From Candidatus Daviesbacteria bacterium (GTDB taxonomy: Bacteria; Patescibacteriota; Microgenomatia; Daviesbacterales; UBA10151): a stretch of 64,000 nt of DNA. The notes beneath the pieces are model-generated. The model worked only from the letters and a program-made list of their open reading frames with translations. It searched no databases and was not told the DNA's origin. The first letter of the stretch is position 1. Each line of letters starts with the position of its first letter. Position numbers and translations under genes: made by a program. The DNA lies in assembly GCA_016176335.1 (NCBI GenBank), contig JACOXI010000003.1, positions 113,104 through 177,103 of the forward strand, in the 5' to 3' direction. Below, one piece after another: positions 38,087 through 46,714 of the stretch.

Positions 38087-40237
38087 TCAAGTGGCAGATG
38101 GCCAATTGGCCAGCATGATACTTTTTCCTGTATGTGGAAGACGCTGCCATAATTCCTCGGTTATAAAAGGCATGAATGGATGGAGAAGCTCCAGGCTGGT
38201 CTTAAAAACATATTCCAAAACAGGTTGAGCTTCGGCCCGGCGGTTTTTGGTGGATTCAATATACTTATCTGCAAACTGGTGCCAGATAAACTCATATAAA
38301 GAATCAGTAGCAAGATGAAGCTGGAATGAGTCAAGATTACTGGTGACTTGTTTGATGGTTTTTTTAAGTTTTCCTAAAATTGCCTGGTCATCTGGATGAT
38401 TCATTTTGTTTTCGATTGAAGAGTTGTTGTCGAGGTGGCGAGCATCTTGGGGAGCCAGATCGACAATAAAACGGGCAATATTTATCAGTTTGGTTCCAAA
38501 GTTCCTAAAGTTTTTAGCCCTCTCATCCATAGTTTGCTTGGAGGCTCTGCCGTCTCTTCCAGGAATGGAATATGTGTAAAGTGCCATTCTGGTTGCGTCT
38601 GTGCCCCACTGATTGCGCAGTTCATTGGGATCAATGCCATTACCTAAAGATTTGGAAAACTTCCTGCCTTGCAAATCTCTTAACATGCCATGGAAAAACA
38701 TATTTTTAAAAGGAATATCATCAGCAAACCAAAGTCCCAACATAATCATTCTGGCAATCCATAAAAACTTTATTTCAGGAGCAGAGATTTCAAAGCTCCA
38801 GGGATAGTATTTTTTAACTTCTTTGGTGTCGGAGGGCCAGCCTAAAGTAGACAGCGGCCATAACCCCGAAGAAAACCAGGTATCCAAAACTTGTTCGTCT
38901 TGTATCCAATGTTTTTGACTACAACTCTGGCAGGTTTTACCGGGTTCATCCATTGAGACCATCATATCTTTATCCTTACCAACTAGATGGTTAGGATTGC
39001 ACTTTTGGCAATACCAAACAGGAATGCGATGGCCCCACCAAAGCGAGCGCGAAATGGACCAGTCGTGAATCTCTTTAATCCACAAGGAGATGATTTTTAA
39101 GAAAGTTTTGGGCACAAAATTGACCTTTTTTATTTTTTTTAAGCCCCTTTGGGCCAAGGGTTTCATTTTAATAAACCACTCCTCGGAAATAAGCGGCTCA
39201 ACTGTAGTTTTGCATCTTTCACAAACAGGCACAGAATGAATGTAATCTTTTGTTTCTTCAACCAGGATATGACCTTTTTCGGCTAAGTATGTGACTATTT
39301 TAGCGCGAGCTTCATCAACTTTTAGACCACCTATAATTTGAGTATCCTCTACAATTCTCCCATCTTTACCTATGACTTGAAGTATACGAAGATTATTTTC
39401 TTTTCCTATCGCATAATCTAATAGATCATGGCCTGGCGTAATTTTTAATGCACCAGTGCCAAAATTTTTATCTACTCGCTCATCTTGGATAATGGGGATT
39501 TCATTGTGTGTTATTGGATTTTCGGCCTGTTTACCATAGAATTTACTAAATTCTGGGTGATTAGGATAAATAGCTATGGCCACATCAGCTGGAATTGTTT
39601 CTGGTCGAGCAGTAGCAACAGTTATATAACCACCCACACCCGAAACTTTATATCTTACAAAGTAAAGCTTTTCCTTTCTTTCTTCATACTCCATTTCAAT
39701 GTCTTCAATGGCACTGCCGCATTTGGGGCACCACTGGACAATGTAGGCTCCTTTATAAAGTAAATCCTGTTCCCAAAAGGTTTTAAATTCTTCAAAGGTG
39801 GCTTTTTGTACTTTTTCCTCCAAAGTAAAAACTTCCCGCTCCCAGTCGGCAGACAGCCCCATAAATCTCCAGGTAGAGGAAACAGAATTATAAACTTCTT
39901 CCTTAAACTGCCAGGCTTTTTTAAGCCACTCATCCCTGCCTAGTTTTTGTTTGGATAAACCCTCTTTGGCCAAGCATTTATCAAAAGTGCCTTCAAATTG
40001 TATTCCGGCATGGTCAACTCCGGGAAGAAGGAGTACATCAAAACCCTGCATTCTCTTGAAACGAGCTATGGCATCCAAAATTGAATGTTGCATGGCATGG
40101 CCTAAATGCAGATCTCCTGTTAAATTGGGAGGGGGAACCAATAATCCATAAGGGGGACTGGGAGATTTCGGATTTGCTCTAAAAAAGCCATTCTCTTCCC
40201 AGAATTTGTACCATTTTTCTTCCTTATTACTATCCAT
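38087..40237 (-). CDS. valS: Valine--tRNA ligase (short form)
   Basis: PPPNLTG.LHLGH, DHAGI, FGTGALKITPGHD, DWSISRSLWWGHRIP, LDTWFSS, KFSKSLGN. Confidence 0.97.
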   Translation of the reverse strand: MDSNKEEKWYKFWEENGFFRANPKSPSPPYGLLVPPPNLTGDLHLGHAMQHSILDAIARFKRMQGFDVLLLPGVDHAGIQFEGTFDKCLAKEGLSKQKLGRDEWLKKAWQFKEEVYNSVSSTWRFMGLSADWEREVFTLEEKVQKATFEEFKTFWEQDLLYKGAYIVQWCPKCGSAIEDIEMEYEERKEKLYFVRYKVSGVGGYITVATARPETIPADVAIAIYPNHPEFSKFYGKQAENPITHNEIPIIQDERVDKNFGTGALKITPGHDLLDYAIGKENNLRILQVIGKDGRIVEDTQIIGGLKVDEARAKIVTYLAEKGHILVEETKDYIHSVPVCERCKTTVEPLISEEWFIKMKPLAQRGLKKIKKVNFVPKTFLKIISLWIKEIHDWSISRSLWWGHRIPVWYCQKCNPNHLVGKDKDMMVSMDEPGKTCQSCSQKHWIQDEQVLDTWFSSGLWPLSTLGWPSDTKEVKKYYPWSFEISAPEIKFLWIARMIMLGLWFADDIPFKNMFFHGMLRDLQGRKFSKSLGNGIDPNELRNQWGTDATRMALYTYSIPGRDGRASKQTMDERAKNFRNFGTKLINIARFIVDLAPQDARHLDNNSSIENKMNHPDDQAILGKLKKTIKQVTSNLDSFQLHLATDSLYEFIWHQFADKYIESTKNRRAEAQPVLEYVFKTSLELLHPFMPFITEELWQRLPHTGKSIMLANWPSAT

Positions 40238-40258
40238 GGGCTAAGTATATTGGCTTTA

Positions 40259-41500
40259 TCAGGCGAGCGCAAGACTGGGGTCTGCTTGTAATTTTAAGGG
40301 AGTAGCAATAGGTTTTTGACCCGCCTTGCCGCGAGGCAGGAAAAAAGCAGCTGCTGCTATCATGGCAGCGTTATCAGTGCAAAGATGTGGTGGAGGAACC
40401 GCCAGGTTTATCGTTAATCGTGAATCGTTTATCGTTTTTAGAAATTGTTCACGAAGCTTTTTATTAGAGGCAACGCCGCCGGCAATCATAATATTTTTTA
40501 CCTTATAAATTTTGGCAGCCTTTATGGTTTTGGCAACTAAAACATCAACAATGGCAGATTCAATGGAAGCGGCCAAGTTAGCCAGCTCGTCACGGCTGAA
40601 AAAACCGCTCGCGCGACCAGATCGCTCGCTTGGAGTTTGTTTCGTGCCAAGCTCTGGATTCGTGGTTTCGATAGTTTGTGGTGCGCTCAACTGCACTACA
40701 TTTTTTCTAGCTCGCGACTTCGCTGTCTTTTCGTGTTCGCTTAAAAAATTTGCTACGGATGTTTTGAGCCCGGAAAAGGAGAAGTCAAAGTCTTTAGAAT
40801 CTATCATGGGTCTAGGTAGATCAAAAGCTTTGGGATTTCCTTTTTGGGCAAGTTTGGAAATTTGGGGTCCGCCCGGATAAGACAGTCCCAGCAGGCGGGC
40901 GCATTTGTCAAAACACTCGCCAGCAGCATCATCTCTGGTGCCACCCAGGTATTTATATTTACCATGATCTGTGAAGAGTACCAAATCTGTATGCCCGCCG
41001 GAAACTAGTAAGCCTATGCAGGGAAAGGATGGTTTATCGGTTATCGTTAATCGTGAATCGTTTTTTTCTTCCGATATACGATATTCGATATCCGATTGAC
41101 TAATTTCGACCCAGTTTGCATAAAAGTGTCCAATAAGATGATTTACAGGAATTAGGGGTCTATTCCAAACAAGAGCCAGTGTTTTGGCTGTTTCCACTCC
41201 CACTAGAAGGGAGCCGATCAGCCCTGGACCATAGGTAACAGCTATAGCATCAATTGGCGGGTAGTTGGTAGTTGGTAGTTGGTAGTTGGGAAAGGCTTGA
41301 GTTAATGCCTCTTGTATCACTGGTATTATCGACCGCAACTGTTCTCTGGCTGCCTGTTCCGGAATGATCCCACCATATTTAGCTTGTAAGGAGGCCGAGG
41401 ATGCCACCACATTGGATAAAATTGTTATTCGATTATCGTTATTCGTCAACACAGCTGCTGCTGTTTCATCACAAGAAGTCTCAATACCCAAAATAATCAT
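40259..41500 (-). CDS. tsaD: tRNA threonylcarbamoyltransferase TsaD with several in-frame insertions
   Basis: ILGIETSCDET, GPGL.GSL, HL.GH, VSGGHT, DDAAGE.FDK, FSFSGLKT, GGV.SN, CTDNAAMI; start revised to MIILG. Confidence 0.97.
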   Translation of the reverse strand: MIILGIETSCDETAAAVLTNNDNRITILSNVVASSASLQAKYGGIIPEQAAREQLRSIIPVIQEALTQAFPNYQLPTTNYPPIDAIAVTYGPGLIGSLLVGVETAKTLALVWNRPLIPVNHLIGHFYANWVEISQSDIEYRISEEKNDSRLTITDKPSFPCIGLLVSGGHTDLVLFTDHGKYKYLGGTRDDAAGECFDKCARLLGLSYPGGPQISKLAQKGNPKAFDLPRPMIDSKDFDFSFSGLKTSVANFLSEHEKTAKSRARKNVVQLSAPQTIETTNPELGTKQTPSERSGRASGFFSRDELANLAASIESAIVDVLVAKTIKAAKIYKVKNIMIAGGVASNKKLREQFLKTINDSRLTINLAVPPPHLCTDNAAMIAAAAFFLPRGKAGQKPIATPLKLQADPSLALA

Positions 41501-41539
41501 TTGTGGTATTGTAGCAAATTTGGGTGTAGAATTTGACAA

Positions 41540-42385
41540 ATGATTGCAAAACAGGAAGATAAGTTTATAAAAGGGGCTTTATTTCTCTCGTATACTTCAT
41601 TAAAAGATTTTGAAAAATGTCCGCGTTCTTTTTATTTGAAAGATATCTATCGCGACCCAAAAACAGGTTTTAGGATGCAAATACCTGCTTCTTATATGAC
41701 CTTGGGGGCTTTGGTTCACGATGCTATAAAGTGGTTTTTGCAAAAAGACAGACTTCCCGGTAAAGATGAGATGATAGATCAGTATAGAAATCATTGGCGC
41801 AAGTATAGAGGCAAAAGAGGCGGCTTTACATCTTTAGAGGATGAGGCCGCTTTAGGTAAAAGGGGTTTGGAAATGCTGGATAATTTTTACCGGAATTTTA
41901 CACAGCTGGAACCTAATATGCCTGCGTATGGTTTTCTTAGATATATACTTGATGAAAAAATAATACTGAACGGAAAGGTTGATTTTCTTGGTTTGTTGCC
42001 AGATGACAGCTTGCGTGTTGTGGATTTCAAAACTGGAAAAAATGACGAGAAGGATCCGATACAGCTTCATATTTATGCGATATTGGCAGAATCGAATTTC
42101 CAAAAATCAGTATCGAAGATAGGTTATTGGTATTTAGATAGAGAGGACTCACCTAAAAATGCAGTTTTAGATCCTTTAGAGGGTGAGTTGGCACAACTGG
42201 AAAAGAAAGCCCGAGAAATAGAACAAGCTGTTGGAGAGGGTAATTGGGTATGCGTAAAAGGAGACACATTATGTGATGATTGTAGAAACTATCAGGCGAT
42301 AATTGATGGTAAGGGAGAATATTTATTTTCAGATGAAGAGTTCCGTAAGGATATATTCTATTTAGACAAATCTAAGATAACTTAA
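41540..42385 (+). CDS. PD-(D/E)XK nuclease (RecB/AddB/Cas4-like) with 1+3 Cys pattern
   Basis: LSYT.L..F.KCPR, G..VH, GKVD, VVDFKTG, QL.IYA, C-terminal C..C..C. Confidence 0.88.
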   Translation: MIAKQEDKFIKGALFLSYTSLKDFEKCPRSFYLKDIYRDPKTGFRMQIPASYMTLGALVHDAIKWFLQKDRLPGKDEMIDQYRNHWRKYRGKRGGFTSLEDEAALGKRGLEMLDNFYRNFTQLEPNMPAYGFLRYILDEKIILNGKVDFLGLLPDDSLRVVDFKTGKNDEKDPIQLHIYAILAESNFQKSVSKIGYWYLDREDSPKNAVLDPLEGELAQLEKKAREIEQAVGEGNWVCVKGDTLCDDCRNYQAIIDGKGEYLFSDEEFRKDIFYLDKSKIT

Positions 42386-42932
42386 CTTCTGCCAAGGTGT
42401 TGTGTTTGTGGAGGCCGTTTTGGGGTTCAGATTCAAAAAGTTTTATGGAGGTTATTTTGATAGGGTCAAATGAGGCAGCCATCATTTTTTCTAAGCTCAC
42501 TTCCAGATTTCTGTCAATTCGGAAATGATTATTAAATTTGGCTATGGTAATATGTGGAATAAATCTACGTTCATCAGCTGGCAAGTGTAAACCTTCTAAT
42601 CCATCCTTGACTCTTTCTCTGATTAGTAAAATTTTATCAATGTCACCTTTGACTCCTACCCAAAGTACAAGGGGGTGATGAATATTAGGAAATCCATCAA
42701 GGTAGGCCGGAGTGACTTCAAAGGCGGGTACACCTTGAGCAGCTTGTTTGATGATGGCGATTAAGCGGTTTTTCACTACCTCAGGTTGTTCGCCAACAAA
42801 GGCTAAAGTGAGGTGAATTTTATCCAAATCAGTTAATCTGGCTTGAGGAATTAATGTATGCAAACTATCCTGAATAGTCTTAAACTGAAGCAAATTCTCA
42901 CTCGGAATTTCTAAAGCTACAAAGAATCTCAT
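42372..42932 (-). CDS. thpR: RNA 2',3'-cyclic phosphodiesterase
   Basis: MRFFVAL; HLTL and PHIT 2H motifs. Confidence 0.92.
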   Translation of the reverse strand: MRFFVALEIPSENLLQFKTIQDSLHTLIPQARLTDLDKIHLTLAFVGEQPEVVKNRLIAIIKQAAQGVPAFEVTPAYLDGFPNIHHPLVLWVGVKGDIDKILLIRERVKDGLEGLHLPADERRFIPHITIAKFNNHFRIDRNLEVSLEKMMAASFDPIKITSIKLFESEPQNGLHKHNTLAEVKLS

Positions 42933-42999
42933 ACCACCCAGTATTGTATCTGAAAGAACATCATTTGACAAAGATGTTAAATCTATTATATGACTAAAT

Positions 43000-43455
43000 A
43001 TGCCCTATAACTTTATGATAGAGATTGCTAGAAGGCTACAAGACGTAGCTGATATGCTTGCTAAGGTAGAACCGGGTGTAACTGTGGCTGGACCTGATTT
43101 GAATGGGGGCTTTGGTCTTACTACCCGACATAATAGATATATTGTCCATTTGGGAATTGAGCAGTTACGCCCGTGTCATGAAGGTGATAGTACAACATTT
43201 ATAGCTTTGGGGAAACTTTACTTAGATCCAAAGCCTCCAGATGACGGGCCTCCTTTCGTTGATCTTGTGAGAAAGGGATTGCCTGGTAATTGTGGTCTAT
43301 ATTCCCTACCTGATCATGTAATATCAACAGATCTTTTTGGAAGAGACCAAGTCGAATGGCCGGTGGGGATTATTGTCACAGGACCAGGGATGGCAGCATC
43401 AAACCCGGGACAAAATAGTTTCTTCATTACACCTCGACAATCTTGGATATACTAA
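43000..43455 (+). CDS. Hypothetical protein
   Basis: 151-aa ORF with TTGACA upstream; no motif recognised. Confidence 0.55.
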   Translation: MPYNFMIEIARRLQDVADMLAKVEPGVTVAGPDLNGGFGLTTRHNRYIVHLGIEQLRPCHEGDSTTFIALGKLYLDPKPPDDGPPFVDLVRKGLPGNCGLYSLPDHVISTDLFGRDQVEWPVGIIVTGPGMAASNPGQNSFFITPRQSWIY

Positions 43456-43535
43456 GAAAATTATTCTTTTGCATTTGCATTGCTTACTTGACAGAGCGGA
43501 TAAATTCAGCTAATGTTTTATATACAATTGAATAT

Positions 43536-43692
43536 TAATCAAGAGTGATGGGGAGAGATTTGGCTTGATGATCCATCCAGCAACTGATTCGAACGGAGTG
43601 AGAATCATCCTGAGTACTGAGCGTAGTCGAAGTATCGAAGGACCTCTATTTGACCGCGGTGCTAAACCCAAACCCTGTAAAGGGAAGGATTA
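43536..43692 (+). promoter_or_regulatory. SAM-I (S-box) riboswitch
   Basis: TAATCAAGAG..GGAGAGA..GGC..ATGA..CAGCAAC..GGTGCTAAAC..CCCT/AGGG-AAGGATTA; P1 TAATC/GATTA. Confidence 0.9.
43608..43642 (+). repeat. Nested mini-hairpin repeat inside the SAM riboswitch
   Basis: TCCTGAG-TAC-TGAGCGTAGTCGAA-GTA-TCGAAGGA. Confidence 0.85.
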
Positions 43693-43693
43693 G

Positions 43694-43713
43694 TCCTGAG
43701 CGTAGTCGAAGGA
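43694..43713 (+). repeat. TCCTGAGCGTAGTCGAAGGA mini-hairpin repeat
   Basis: Core identical to 17982-18001 read on the - strand. Confidence 0.85.
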
Positions 43714-43721
43714 AAAATTTT

Positions 43722-43748
43722 AACCTCTCTTTACAAGAGAGGTTTTTT
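43722..43748 (+). terminator. Intrinsic terminator (riboswitch expression platform)
   Basis: AACCTCTCT-TTACA-AGAGAGGTT followed by a T run. Confidence 0.85.
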
Positions 43749-43772
43749 AATGGTTAAAAAGAAAGGAGATAA

Positions 43773-44015
43773 ATGTCTACGGAGATAAATGTAAGGGAGA
43801 TATCGGATCCTGCAGGTATAAGTAGGGTGGATGAAACTGTGGGTACAGCGTGTCCCATTCACAGGCAGGGACAGAGCTTAAATGTTGTTGGGGGTGTACT
43901 CGATCCAGATGCCTTGTGGTTTGACGGCCCAGATTTGGAACTTCGGCCTGGGATTGATGTTGACTGGTCGATTCCTCAAGTAGGTCGGGAGGAAAGTTGG
44001 GCAATAGAGGACTGA
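43773..44015 (+). CDS. Small acidic hypothetical protein downstream of the SAM riboswitch
   Basis: AAAGGAG RBS; 80 aa. Confidence 0.7.
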   Translation: MSTEINVREISDPAGISRVDETVGTACPIHRQGQSLNVVGGVLDPDALWFDGPDLELRPGIDVDWSIPQVGREESWAIED

Positions 44016-44045
44016 GAATTATATGTTTGAAGGGAGGTGATTTTA

Positions 44046-44366
44046 ATGCCAATTTCAAAAGAAGTAATTGCAAGGATTATAGATTTTCATCCTGGGGAAG
44101 CGGCTAAAGGAGGAAGAGCAATAGACTTAGGAGAGATTGAGGAAGGTATAAAAGTAGTTTATGATTTATTCCCTTACCAGAGAAGAGCTGTAGCACTTCA
44201 AGGAGAACCATTAGTTTTAGCTTGGACTAGACAACCGGTTGTAGCTTTGATAACAAGAGCAGGTATTACCCCACTTCCTTATGCTGCAGACGTTAGAGCT
44301 ATAGGAGAGGAATTAGCTGTCAAAGTAGTCGATCGTTTAGATGCTGTAAGGGCAAGACAAATTTAA
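44046..44366 (+). CDS. Hypothetical protein
   Basis: GGAGGTGA RBS; start revised to MPISKE. Confidence 0.7.
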   Translation: MPISKEVIARIIDFHPGEAAKGGRAIDLGEIEEGIKVVYDLFPYQRRAVALQGEPLVLAWTRQPVVALITRAGITPLPYAADVRAIGEELAVKVVDRLDAVRARQI

Positions 44367-45619
44367 GTGCCTTCGTTCCAGGAGGATAAATAACGTTTTT
44401 GCTCATCAGTCAACTGATCAATCTTAATCCCTAATGATTCCAATTTTAATTGAGCAATCATCTGATCCAATTCCTCTGGTACAGTGTGGACACCCTTTTT
44501 GAGCTTGCCGCGGTTTTGTACCAGATATTCTGCTGCCAAAGCCTGATTGGCAAAGGACATATCCATCACATCAGGCGGATGTCCTTCTGCCACCACCAGA
44601 TTAACCAGTCTTCCTTCTGCCAAAAGATAAATCTTTTTGTTATCTGGTAATAGATATTCCTCAACGCCGTCTCGCACAAATTTTTTTGATTTTTTGACTT
44701 TTTCCAGATACAAAACATCAATCTCCACATTAAAATGTCCGGTATTGGCCAAAATAACTCCGTCTTTTAAATTTTTAATGATACTCTCATCAACTATATG
44801 TTTATCTCCTGTGGCTGTGACAATGATCTCTGCCATCTTGGCTGCATCAGCAAGTGGCATGACTTGGTACCCGTCCATGATCGCCTCGAGGGCTCTGACA
44901 GGATTGACTTCCGTCACGATAACATGTGAGCCCATTCCTCTGGCCCGCATGGCCACTCCTCTGCCGCACCAGCCGTATCCTGCTACCACAAATACTTTTC
45001 CTGCCAAAAGAATGTTTGTGGCCCGTATGATTCCGTCAATTGTTGATTGGCCTGTGCCGTAGCGGTTATCAAAAAGATATTTGGTTTGGCTTTCATTAAC
45101 AGCCATAACAGGGATAGCCAGTGTTTTATCCTTTTCCATGGCTTTCAGGCGCAACACTCCTGTGGTTGTTTCCTCTGATGAGCCAATCACATCTTTAAGC
45201 TGGGATCTTCTCTCTGTATGCAAAAGTGTGACTAAATCCGCCCCGTCATCCATGGTAATGTGAGGATGGGTATCAAGGACCTGATTCAGATGCTGATAAT
45301 AAGTTTTCTTATCCTCTCCTGATATGGCAAAGGTGGGAATTGCAAAGTCTTCCACAAGGGACGCTGCAATATCATCTTTGGTTGATAGCGGATTACAAGC
45401 ACAAAGCGAAACTTGGGCACCCCCTGCCTTAAGAGTCAGCATCAGATTGGCAGTTTCCGAACTGACATGCAGACAGGCTGCTATGCGGATACCGTCAAAA
45501 GGTTTTTCTTTGGTAAAGCGTTCTTTTATCAGCTGGAGCACTTTCATTTGAGATCCGGCCCACTCAATTTTGAGTTTTCCCTTAGCAGCTAATTTTTTAT
45601 CCTTAATATCGTATTTCAT
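44363..45619 (-). CDS. ahcY: S-adenosylhomocysteine hydrolase
   Basis: ACLH, CNPLST, DDGADL, EETTTG, KYLFDNRYGTGQS, GYGWCGRG, EGRLVNL..AEGHP. Confidence 0.98.
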   Translation of the reverse strand: MKYDIKDKKLAAKGKLKIEWAGSQMKVLQLIKERFTKEKPFDGIRIAACLHVSSETANLMLTLKAGGAQVSLCACNPLSTKDDIAASLVEDFAIPTFAISGEDKKTYYQHLNQVLDTHPHITMDDGADLVTLLHTERRSQLKDVIGSSEETTTGVLRLKAMEKDKTLAIPVMAVNESQTKYLFDNRYGTGQSTIDGIIRATNILLAGKVFVVAGYGWCGRGVAMRARGMGSHVIVTEVNPVRALEAIMDGYQVMPLADAAKMAEIIVTATGDKHIVDESIIKNLKDGVILANTGHFNVEIDVLYLEKVKKSKKFVRDGVEEYLLPDNKKIYLLAEGRLVNLVVAEGHPPDVMDMSFANQALAAEYLVQNRGKLKKGVHTVPEELDQMIAQLKLESLGIKIDQLTDEQKRYLSSWNEGT

Positions 45620-45625
45620 ATCTTC

Positions 45626-45736
45626 AATCTTAAATGTTAGATCTCAAATCGCAAATCTACATCTAAAATCTCAAATGTTTTAAAAGTTTTAAGATTTGAG
45701 TTATAGTTTTGACATTTGACATTTGAGTTTTGAGAT
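45626..45736 (-). repeat. ~110-bp heptamer element (inverted copy of 18163-18263)
   Basis: Direct match to 24-97 and 18163-18263; fills the gap between the kinase gene and ahcY. Confidence 0.85.
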
Positions 45737-45738
45737 AC

Positions 45739-46707
45739 CTATAGATTAAGTTCTCCTCCAAAATTCTCTTTGTATCTTTCACAGAACTCTTGGATTGTGA
45801 AGGTGTGATTACTTGTACCATATTTTTCTATAGCGTAACAAGCAGCAACTGATCCCATTTGTCCGCAAGTTTTTAAATTTAAACCCCTACTGTATCCTGC
45901 TAAAAATCCAGCCCGGTAAGCATCTCCTGCGCCTGTTGGGTCAACAACCCCCGTGTCATTGCGAGGAGCCGCAGGCGACGTGGCAATCTTTTCGTCTTTA
46001 GTTTCTATAACTGATCCTTTTTCTCCTAAGGTTGTAATTACAACTTGCGCATTTTCCAACAGATTTGACATCTGACATTTGCCGCCCCTGGCGAGCCTCG
46101 CCTCTGGCGGGAGTTTTGACATTAATAACTCTATTTCATAATCATTACCTATTAAAATAGTTGCTCCATTTATCATGCTTTTTAACTCTTCTGTATTTAG
46201 CGTAGGAAGTTGCATGCCCGGATCCAGCATGTAGGGGATTTTTGCATCTTGGCATTCTTTTGTGAACTTAACCATAGATTTTGGATCATTTGGAGAAATG
46301 ACTACTAAAGTGGGATTACCCTCTAAAGAAAGTTGGGAATTTTTAGTCATGGCCCCAGGATAAAAAGCTGAAATCTGGTTATCAGATGAATCAGTCATAA
46401 TATAGGCAGAAGAGGTGGTTTCACCCTCAAGAATTTTTATTTTAGAAATATCCACTCCAGCATTTTTCAAAAAATTACCATATTCTGCAAAATCAGATCC
46501 AGCTGCACCTAATATAGACACAGGAGACTGTAAAAGCGCTAGATTATAGGCAATATTGCCGGCTGTGCCACCTTTTTGTTTTTGTAAAGTGTTTACCAAA
46601 AAGGAGAGGTTAATTTGATGGATTTTATCAGGCATGATGTGATCTGAAAACTTGCCTGGAAAATCCATAATATGATCAAAAGCCAAAGAACCAGTTACAG
46701 TAATCAT
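45739..46707 (-). CDS. PfkB family kinase, adenosine-kinase-like
   Basis: VTGSLAFDHIMDFPGKF, GGTAGNIAY, FYPGAM, DPTGAGDAYRAG; upstream of ahcY. Confidence 0.9.
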   Translation of the reverse strand: MITVTGSLAFDHIMDFPGKFSDHIMPDKIHQINLSFLVNTLQKQKGGTAGNIAYNLALLQSPVSILGAAGSDFAEYGNFLKNAGVDISKIKILEGETTSSAYIMTDSSDNQISAFYPGAMTKNSQLSLEGNPTLVVISPNDPKSMVKFTKECQDAKIPYMLDPGMQLPTLNTEELKSMINGATILIGNDYEIELLMSKLPPEARLARGGKCQMSNLLENAQVVITTLGEKGSVIETKDEKIATSPAAPRNDTGVVDPTGAGDAYRAGFLAGYSRGLNLKTCGQMGSVAACYAIEKYGTSNHTFTIQEFCERYKENFGGELNL

Positions 46708-46714
46708 TTCAAAT

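Noticed and set aside
41540-42385. cas4 of a CRISPR-Cas locus
   Set aside because: No cas1, cas2 or array in the window; treated as a solo nuclease.
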